DNA of 61,120 nucleotides, filler included, from Dugesia japonica (Eukaryota): NCBI GenBank assembly GCA_001938525.1. It is 5 parts of 5 records of this genome, joined end to end, with 100 filler letters (N's around TTAATTAATTAA, not from the genome) between each part and the next. Parts side by side here need not be neighbours in the genome. Positions count along the whole stretch, not along the records: positions 29,850 to 40,962 come from MQRL01631134.1; positions 41,063 to 49,751 come from MQRL01496378.1; 3 more parts are not named here. One strand, 5' to 3'. Shown piece by piece: positions 39,911 to 49,851 of this stretch (position 1 is its first letter; each line of letters starts with the position of its first letter). The notes under the pieces were generated by a model. It saw only the letters and a program-made list of their open reading frames with translations, ran no database searches and was not told where the DNA came from. The position numbers and the translations under genes were made by a program.

Positions 39911-40699
39911 TTGAAAATAGATCCTTTAATTTAGATTAGTTGACACATTTCTTTTAAGTTCTTGAAAATAAGAAACATCTTTATCTTTTAAATCACTGTG
40001 AACTTTTTTCAAATGCCATAAATTTTAAGAGAATTTTAAAATTCTCTTCCAGGTAATTTTGATTTGTTAAATACATTACATCTCTCACATAATTCTTTTG
40101 ATACTAAAATTTATATTCTTATATTACTTCTTGTGTGAAAAATAAAAATAGCAATATTAACTTAAAATATAGCTCTAATTGCAATTTATAACAATACAAG
40201 ATTGCAATAAAAGGTAACAATTCAACTAATTTTGATCAAAATCTCCAAATCAGTTTACTATTTGGAATAACCGAGAAGACTGACCAAGAAACGACTTAAA
40301 GAAAACTAAAGAATTAATATTATAAATAAATAAAAATTCCTAATTAATACTAAATCTTCATAAATAAATTTTGCTAATATTTACTACTATATGTTATAAG
40401 TAGTATATAAAGAAGTTTTTCTTTGGTTGAAATTTTGACTCGGTAATCCAGCAATTTTTAATGTAATACTATTACTTTTATTTTTTTATTTCTTTATTAA
40501 TTTGAATTTTTTTTTATATAATTTCACTACTTTCTTTGAAGTTAGGGATAAACTAATAACAAGAAACAAAATTTTAATGCTAAAAGTTTCGGTTAAAATA
40601 TATTTATTTATTTAAATGTATATATTTATTATAGCACCCCGTCAAAATAGCCCAAGATAAAATAGCACCATCAAAAATTTATAATTAATATTAATAAAT

Positions 40700-40962
40700 T
40701 TTTTTATTATATTATATTTTATATTATTTATGTAAGATTTTATTATAATTTTTTTATTATATTATTATTAATATATTATATAATAATATTAAATAATTTT
40801 ATTATATTATATATTATTTCATATTATTATATATTATTATTATTATTAATATATAATATGATATATTATTATTATTATTTAATTATATATTATCATTTAT
40901 ATATATTATATTATTATATATATTATATTATTATTTAATTATATAATTATATTTAATTTTAT
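40700..40962. repeat. AT-only low-complexity tract (TAT/TTA)n
   Basis: Visible directly. Confidence 0.9.
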
Positions 40963-41089
40963 NNNNNNNNNNNNNNNNNNNNNNNNNNNNNNNNNNNNNN
41001 NNNNNNTTAATTAATTAANNNNNNNNNNNNNNNNNNNNNNNNNNNNNNNNNNNNNNNNNNNNAAGATCTTTATTTAATCTAAAATATAA

Positions 41090-41620
41090 TTTGCTACCAT
41101 CCTCATAGTAAATGATCTACAATATCTAAAAAATGGGATTCAATATAACTCGAATCAGTGACATGATCTCTGGTCCAAATATATTTTTAAATGTTGAAAT
41201 AAAAAATTGTACGATGGGGCAATGTCAGGCAAATATGGAATGTGACTAACAACGTAATCAAGCAAGTTCGTGTTTCTTTTGCTGTGTTCTGCATGCAGTA
41301 TGTGATGTAGCATTGTAATGGTGAATACAAATACCCATTATGCTGGCCACAATTGGATACGTTTTACGTAATTCATCTATTAAATGAGTCAATTAATCCC
41401 AGTAGATAGTGACTGCAATAATGTTTTCCGGTGATATCAATTAGAAATATTCCTTTCAATTCCATCAAAAATAAACCATAAGCGTTTATTGATGGATACT
41501 ATGTCGTAGGTACTGTTTTCTCCAGCAAATGTGTTTTACGTGTAACATTATTGTGTTGAATTAGAAGTTCATCCCCACCTATAATTACATCAAAAATGGC
41601 TTCTTATCATTTAGTACAAA
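41090..41620 (-). mobile_element. mariner transposase remnant
   Basis: 'GGDELLIQHNNVTRK', 'HHYNATSHTA', 'SHIPYLPDIAPSYNFLF' (degenerate D,D34D motifs). Confidence 0.75.
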
Positions 41621-41822
41621 TAGAAAAGTAGATACAACAATTTTATTCAATTTGTCTTTATATCTCTAAACAGTGATGGCGAACCCTTTTGAGTCTATCT
41701 GCCACCATTAGAACCCAAAATGACTTAGTTACAATACCATTTTGACACATTAAATAATAATACTCTTTTCAAAAATTTATTATAAAATAATTACTGAATA
41801 TTTAAACAACAATATTATATTA

Positions 41823-43760
41823 TTGTTACTCCCTTGCTTTAAGAACTGTGGTACTCTTTCAGCCATTCAATTCTTCTATATTTCCTTCCATCTGGATACT
41901 CTAGTTCGACTTGATGGTCCATCGGGAAAGCAACGATCTTTACATAACCTTCATATACATTGGCATCTTTTTGTCTCTTTTGAGAATCTATTTTTACAAA
42001 CATTTCGTGTACCACTTCAAAAACTCTGTACACCTACTTCTCAACATTTTCCTTTCATTATTTCCGCTGAAATCCAAGGACTACCGTGTACCTTTGTCAA
42101 TACTTGTTCTTGATCCAATTTTATGTACGGATCTTTGCCATAAATATTTATCTTCCTTCTAAATATTATTTCCATCGGAGAAAATCCTGCTGACTCTTGT
42201 ATCGTTGAGTTAATGAAATATTCAATTTTTGGTATGATTTCGTCCGAGCAAAATCCTGTTTGCCCATCATTTGAAAAATTGAAAACAATATCTCGGACTA
42301 TCCTAATTGCTTGTTCTGCTAAATTGTTTGATTTATGATCATTACGTGAAGTAAAAATCCACTCTTCTTTCCTTCATTTGCGCAATATCTATCACGATTT
42401 GATCCATAGGGTTCATAACCGTTCTTGGTATTAAATATTCGGTTTTTTTTATGTTAATGTCTTCTTTCTCATACACGACTCACATTTTTGTTAAACCGAC
42501 TTTGTATCTGTTAACATGTTTATCCAAAAGAAATGACTATCAATATAATTTATAGTTTTCTTAACATCCCAATGGCAAATTTCTTTATGCATATGTATCA
42601 CAAACCTGTCGTCAAGTTTATGCGGAATAATTATCTTCTGTTTATTTTCTTTCTATTAATAATAAATTATCTTTCAACAGTATCCTATACACAGAATCTT
42701 GGATCAACTTTGGTACTATCGAAGAAGGGTTCATAATAAAAACTTTCATCGCTTCCAAAACAGAATTCTCATCTTGAGCGGCACGATCCGTTTCAATATT
42801 AAATTCGTCTGACGAAATTGCATTTAAAATTCTTACTCTGCTCTTTTCTATTTTTCCTTCTACCTGTTCAGTTTGACATTGAGAGCAATACCTCAATAAT
42901 ATTCTAGATATTCCATCTGTGTTGTTATGATTTTCACCCTTCAATATTTCAGATCAAAATCATAGCAAGATAATTCACTTAACCATGTTTAAAATTGTGG
43001 ACTTATTGGTTTTGTCGTGGAAAATTTTGAGTGCTTTATGATCTGTACATACTCATATATAGCCAGTAACTCATTCTGTGTCACACAATAACCTTTCTCA
43101 TGAGCACTTAAAAGCCTCAATCCATCTTGTACCTGAGTAAGAACAGCACCAATACCACTAAAGCATGTATCTGTGTCTAAAATAAAATAATCATATTTGT
43201 TTTGGAATGTCAATACTGGAGTATTTGATAAAGAATGTTTGAGTTTCTGGAAACTTTCTTGACATTCTTTATTCCATAGTATGTCTTTCACATGTCACTT
43301 GGTAGTCTCATATAATGGTTTGGTAATTTTAGCAAAGTTAAAAACAAATTTACAGTAGTAATTTGCCAATCCAAAAGAAGACCGTAATTGTTTAATGCAC
43401 TTTGTAATTTCCGCTTCAGCAATTTTCTTAATCATACCATTATTAGTACTTATTCCCTCTTTTGATATTTTATAACCTAAAAACTAAGTTCAGTTTAATA
43501 CAGACTACACTTCTTTGGATTGAGTTTTAATCCAGCTGTTTGTATTCGTTTAAAAACCTCCTTTAGATTTCTATCGTGTTCTGCCACTGTTGTCCAGTAA
43601 ACCAAGACATCGTCTAAATACGCCTTGACTGCGTTATAAAGTATATCCTCGAATAATACATGCATGAAACTTTGAAAAGTCGCTAGGGCTGTTGACAATC
43701 CCAACAAAATTTGGTTATAGCAAAACTGGCCCTTTTTTGTCGAAAATGCTGTTTTCAATT
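41823..43760 (-). mobile_element. Ty3/Gypsy pol remnant (RT, RNase H, integrase)
   Basis: 'KTAFSTKKGQF', 'AYLDDVLVY', 'GLKLNPKKC', 'FILDTDTCFSGIGAVLTQ', integrase 'NSTIQESAGFSPMEIIF' and C-terminal 'YEGYVKIV'. Confidence 0.9.
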
Positions 43761-44379
43761 ATAACTATGAAACCTTTAAATATCATAGACCATATTAATG
43801 GAACCTTTAATCATAATAGACTATATAATAATGAAACCTTTTATTCACCTAAATTTAAATTAAATTAACATTTAAAAATATAATTTAAATTAATCATATA
43901 AAACAATTAAACTCAACATTTTTAAATTCTCCATTTTTAATTTTCCATTTTAAATTTTTAATACAATTAAGTAAATATAAAATTTTTAAAAAATCAATAA
44001 ATATATTGATTTTTTAATTTTAATATCTTAAATGCACTTAAAAATAAGAATGCTAATTCATATTACCATAATTATAAACATTACAATTATGATAATATAA
44101 AATTAAGTAATCAATATATTTATTGATTTTTTAATATATATTTATACAATATATTTATTATCATAATTGTAATTATTATAATTATGATAATATGAAATGA
44201 ACAAAAAATAGATTTTTAAAAATTAATTTATTATTTACATAGTTACTAAGTATTTACTTAGTTACCATGTATAGTTTGTATTATTTACACAGTTACGCTG
44301 TGCAGGAGAAGTTTACTTTAGATTATTGCAATATTTCAGTGGTTTGAGTAGTTAAAAAAATTCCCAGGCATAGGTTGGT

Positions 44380-46210
44380 GTGTTGCAATTGTGTTGCATC
44401 TGAGGTGCATCCCTATTGCTTTTATTAAAAATCTCATACAGACATTGCTGTATTGCATCCATGTTGCATGGCTATTGCATTTATTTTTAAGAAAAATAAT
44501 TTTAGCGGGAAATTTAAAAAATTAATTTTTGGTGGGAAATTTGAAATAAAAACATTTTTTGAGCGGGAAATTTAAAAAGTATTTTTGCAAAAGATTTTAA
44601 AAATTTATTAAAAATTCTTAGACATGTCATTTTCAGTAATTATGTGTTGCTGTTGCGTTGCATCCTTATTGCATGCTTATTGCGTTTTTTAATAAAAACT
44701 GTTTTTTTATCCAAGAGATTGCTCAGTCTTGACAAATTGATATTTTGATAATATTGCAAGATATTTTGATATTATTGCAAGATATTAGACAGTCTTGATA
44801 TTTTGCAAAGGTATTGGACAGTCTTTATATGTTACGTCAGTCTAAAAATTAAATAATTAAATTAAAATTAATTTATTTAAATTAATTAATAAAATTTAAT
44901 AAACATGATAAATATTCAAAGAGGGGAGTCTTTGTGATATTTACATGATAAAATAATCAAATTAAAGCTATTTTTACAAAATGATAAAAAAGTAGAACTT
45001 TTTTCATAAAAGAAAAATATTACCGTTGCAATTTTCAATAAAAAATCTCACTAATGTTGCAATTTTCAATAAAAAATCTTATTAGCGATGCAATTTTCCA
45101 AATGAAATTTCATTAACGATGTAATTTTTCTATAAAAATACAAATTATCGTTGTAATGTCTATAAAAAACATAGTAGCTGGAAACATTTCTATAAAAAAT
45201 GATAAAAACATAGAACTGTTTTCATATTCATGGAACCTTTCCATATATAACTAATAAGTAATATATAAAAACTTATAAGAAAATAATTTTGTGATTGTAT
45301 AGGATTTACATAGTATTATAGGGTTTATGAGTATATTATTAACATATTAACTGTTAAATATAGGGTTTACGAGTGTATTATTTTCATTGTTACCTTGTAC
45401 TATTTACATAGCAATTAACATTATAAGATTTATGAGATTGACAATTTTCCGTAAATATATAACTAAAAATTATTGTATAAAAAACTTTATAAGGCCATAT
45501 TAAAACTTTTAAGTAATTACTTATATGATTGTATAAGGTTTATGAGTGTAAAAAATGTATTATTTACATACTTACTATGTCATATAAGGTTTTCAGTGAA
45601 TTATTTACATAGTTGCCTTATATTATGTACAACATAAACGAGTAATTTAAGGCTTTGAGTGTATAATTTACATAATAAATGAGTAATATAGGGTTCATGA
45701 GTGTGGATATCTCTTCATAAATAACCTATAACCTAATATTTTTATATAATCATAGGGTTTTAAGTGTATTATTTACATAGCAACTAAGTAATATAAGGTT
45801 TAAAATGGTATTATTTACATAGTAACCGTGTAATAAATGGTTTTTGTGTGTATATATCACTTACAATTAAGTATAAAAACCTTATAAGTGAATATTTTTA
45901 TGACTGTATAGGGTTTCTGTTAGTATTATTTCTATAACAACCATGAAATATAAGTTTTATGAGTGTATTATCTGCTTAGTAATCGTGTATTATAGTGTTT
46001 ATGAGTGTATTATTTATATAGTTACCTTGTATTATTTACATAGTAACTGTGTATTATAGAGTTCGTGAGTTTATTATTTACATAGTAACCCTGTATTATA
46101 GTGTTTATGAATCTATTATTTGCAAAGTTACCTTGCATTATTTACATAGCAACCATGTATTATAGGGTTTGAAAGTGTTTATGAGTATTGTATTTACATA
46201 TTAACTGTGT
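44380..46210 (+). repeat. Composite tandem-repeat region: inverted homolog of 32740-33600 plus a ~42-bp satellite (GTATTATTTACATAGTAACCGTGTATTATAGGGTTTATGAGT) at 45290-46210
   Basis: TTTTxGCGGGAAATT units at 44500-44580, AGTCTTGATATT units at 44720-44830, TGCAATTTTCAATAAAAAATCT units at 45020-45200, and many degenerate satellite units. Confidence 0.75.
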
Positions 46211-46540
46211 AATTAGAGGTCACCATGGAAAATGCATCATGCATCATGCAAAATGCTTGTTCATGACATCAATTATCATACATTAATTTATTCAAAATAT
46301 TGCTTTTGTTAACTTAGTATTAGAAAAAAACCTTATTTATTTACTAATTATAATTTAATTACTAATTAAATTCAATAAATATCTATGAAAAAGTTTTGTT
46401 GATTTTATTTAAATTATAATTTTAAATACAATATTTTAAAAAATTAAATAAAATAAAACTAAATAAATAATTAAAACAAAGACTTAATAATAATACATTT
46501 ATTTTAAATCAACAATAACAAAAATAATAATTCATTTAAT

Positions 46541-46825
46541 TCATTCTGGTGTTTTTCCAGGGCAACATACAGGTGCACAAAATTCTCCTGTCATATATTG
46601 ATTCGCAACCAAATCTGGAAGCAACGGTTTCCTTGCATTGTCTAATTATTCTCGTTTCTCTTAAATATCCGTTAGCATACCTAAATTAAATTAATTAATA
46701 AAATTACAAAATAATAAATATTCAACCTGTTTTGATCAAATCTTCTTCAAATTCTTCATCGCTAATTTCCTTGCATACATTTAAATTTAATATACAAGAA
46801 ATAATAATGCAATGTAATATATATA
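46541..46825 (-). pseudogene. Possible secreted Cys-containing peptide precursor pseudogene (2 exons; intron 46726-46681)
   Basis: Spliced frame ILHCIIISCILNLNVCKEISDEEFEEDLIKT|GMLTDI*EKRE*LDNARKPLLPDLVANQYMTGEFCAPVCCPGKTPE*: hydrophobic leader, acidic spacer, KR site. Two in-frame TAA stops; no ATG found. Confidence 0.4.
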
Positions 46826-47544
46826 TATATATGTATAATAAAAAACCACAACGTAATATATTAATTATTTGAAATTTAAATATCTAAATTTAACATTTAA
46901 TTAAAATAAAGAAAAAGCTTCGATCAACATTAAATATATATTTATAAAAACTTTCAAATTTTCGACAATAGTCTTCTTCAGGAATATGTTGGCTTCTTAA
47001 TAGATTTAACGCAATAGATTTTTATTACTCAATTCTTTAGATTTTATCGAAATTTTATTAGTTTATTTTAATTATGAATTTCAATTTATATTTTTAAATT
47101 AACTTTTTAAAAATTTTTATTCGATAATAATTTTTTTATGTTAGGAATTTTTAAATTTTTTTACAATTATCATATTATATTTTATTTAAAATTTTCAAAT
47201 TTTTGTGTTGTTTTTGTATATAAATTTTAAATTTTGTAAATTTATTTTGTGTTTGTTTTAAGTTTTCTTTAATTATTTATTATATAAATATTTAGTGTTT
47301 TTATTTATGTTATACTCAAATGGGAATATTTTTAACAAAATCTTTTAAATCAATTAAAATAAAGAATTATTTTTATATTAAAATAAATTTTTTAAAACAT
47401 ACAATTAAAAGTTTCTTTCAAATTCATATTAAAATTTTTTTTATTTAATTCATATTATTTAGTTTTTTATATAAATATATTTATTTTAAACATATTATTT
47501 ATTTATATTGATATAAACTTTTTATTTTATCAAAATCTTTTTAA

Positions 47545-49100
47545 TTATTGTAATTGTTGAATTGATCTGGGGTTTATCTTCTTTAATTAATATTTGTTCA
47601 CGTTTTTTTCTGTGAAGTGTAGAAATGTAGCCTGTTTCTTATGTTTTCCATGTAATATGATGATTTTCTGGTAAACCTTTATGTTTGTTTCGTAAGTGTT
47701 TGAAGACTTCACTTTCTTTTTGTTTGAGATGTTCTTTAATCCTTATACGGATGGTTCTGAATGATTCTCCTAAATGTTATTACATGTTATTTTGTAAGTA
47801 ATATTATTTTATTGCATATATTTCTACCATCACAAATGCATTTGGGACCACAAAAATCATTTCTTGGTTTCTGTACTCAAAGGTACTTGCGTTTTAAATA
47901 TAATTCTTGGATTATGTTTTAGTTTCGACTCTTTAATTATATTTTGCATGATTTGGATTCATTTCTCATTAATAAAAGGTAATTTAATTACTGTATTTGT
48001 TTTTTGTTTGATTTTATTAAATTCTGTAATTTAAGTATAGATATTTAGATACAATTCTATTTGGATAACCATTATTTAGAAATTTATTTTTTATCAACCT
48101 GAGGGAAGTCAGTTTCATTTCTTCGTTTGAAGATAGTCTTTCAGCTCTTATTGTTTCACCCTTGATTATTCCAATTTTCTGTCTGATGGTAGTATTACTA
48201 ATCCAGGGTAATATATGTCCATTGTGAAATGGTTTTATATACAACTAGGTAAGTAATAATTCACCAGCTTTCATTTAAATTAAGGTGTCCAGAAAATGAA
48301 TCTGAAAGTCAATTGACTTCTCTAAAGTGAATTTAATATTATCATTAATACTATTGGTTAGTTCTAAAATATTTTCTAAAGAACAATTAGTAATAAAGAA
48401 ACTATCGTCTATATATCTTAACTAAATATATATTTTCTTCTCACCTTTGAGAATAATTTTGTTTACAATGAATTTCATAAACACTAATCGCTAAAATAGG
48501 AGACCAATTGTTACCCAGACGACTTTTTTGTTTAAAAAGTGGTTCACCGATAGAAATGCTGTCAGAAAATAGACATAAATAAATAAGTGATTTGAAATGA
48601 TTTTTGGTGATTTCAGGAATATCTGCATGTTCTTTATATCTCTCAAAGAAATCACTCACAATATCGATGGCATTTTCCGGTCCTTCAATGGGAATTGATC
48701 CATAAAGATTTGTTACATCCAATCAACCAAATTGATCATCATTATTCTAGTCATAACTTTTAATTCGTTCAAAAAACTCATAACTATTTTTCAAATGCGC
48801 TAGAACAAAATTCAATAATGGTCTCAAATAATCTGCCATAAGTTTGCATATTGATATAGATGGAGTATCAGAAGCATTGACAATAGGTCTTCCTTTCATT
48901 ATTGTTTTATAATCTTTAGGAACACAGTACATAGATGATGGAACTGGTTTATGACATTTAACTGCTAAAAATAAAGATTGTATTCGATCTTCATATTTCT
49001 CTGCAATTTTAATCAATGTTTTATTAAATTTATTCTCTTCAGTAATTGGTAGTCTTTTATGGATGATGGTCTTATAATTATTCATTTCAATCAACAGATG
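47545..49100 (-). mobile_element. Penelope-like retroelement (RT plus GIY-YIG endonuclease), degenerate
   Basis: 'PKDYK...GRPIVN', 'DVTNLYGSIP', 'GNNWSPILA', 'RYIDDSF', 'FLDTLI', 'LYIKPFH', 'FLNNGYP', then 'C...CIC....C...NITYKITC..LGESFRTIRIRIKEHL'. Confidence 0.92.
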
Positions 49101-49391
49101 TCTTTTATTTTAGCTTTCATAGTCTCAATATTAAAATTGATCAGAATTTCCATTATATCTTTCAGAATTAACTTTTAAGATTCTTCCTTTTATTTACTTG
49201 TTTTTATGATAAATATAAATCAAATTTACATGTACTTGTTTTACGTTAAATTTTATGGGTTAAGCATTAATCAGAAAATATCAACTACGGCTCGCGACTT
49301 TATGTGGTAAAATATATTTGTTTCGATCAAAATTTAAATTGATATTTTTTTACTTGAATTGCAAACGTTTTGCATTCGAGTTGCAAATTTT

Positions 49392-49660
49392 CTAAGTTTT
49401 CATTAGCAAATTAAAAAAGTCGGAAGAAATGTTATCCATATATCCTTGTAAATTCAAATTTTTAAGACCAACTATCACTATTTATCCTGTTAAGAACACA
49501 TTTACACATAAAGGGTCATATTTTACAAGTCTTAGATCAAGAAATAACTCTGGTTCGAACCAACAGTTGACTATTCTAGCTAATTTATACATATTTATTG
49601 AAGCTCCATATTTACGACATTGTTAGCAATTGTAATTGTAAAAGTATTATATAATAAGGG
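49392..49660 (-). pseudogene. Divergent TATA-binding-protein (TBP)-repeat-like fragment
   Basis: 'INMYKLARIVNCWFEPELFLDLRLVKYDPLCVNVFLTG*IVIVGLK' resembles TBP 'I.LE.L...YEPELFPGL......P.....IF.SGKVVLTGAK'. One stop codon; intronless. Confidence 0.6.
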
Positions 49661-49851
49661 TTCAAATCATGCGGTTCTAATGGTTTCTGATCCGTTAAAA
49701 TAAATATAAACAATGTAGTAAATTTTAATAAATTGAAGAAAAATAAGATGGNNNNNNNNNNNNNNNNNNNNNNNNNNNNNNNNNNNNNNNNNNNNTTAAT
49801 TAATTAANNNNNNNNNNNNNNNNNNNNNNNNNNNNNNNNNNNNNNNNNNNN

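Noticed and set aside
45290-46210. CRISPR-like array
   Set aside because: Degenerate head-to-tail satellite without unique spacers, in a eukaryotic context with no cas genes.
46541-46680. TAA reassigned to a sense codon
   Set aside because: Rab1 and GATA in this window terminate with TAA; pseudogenisation is the simpler explanation.
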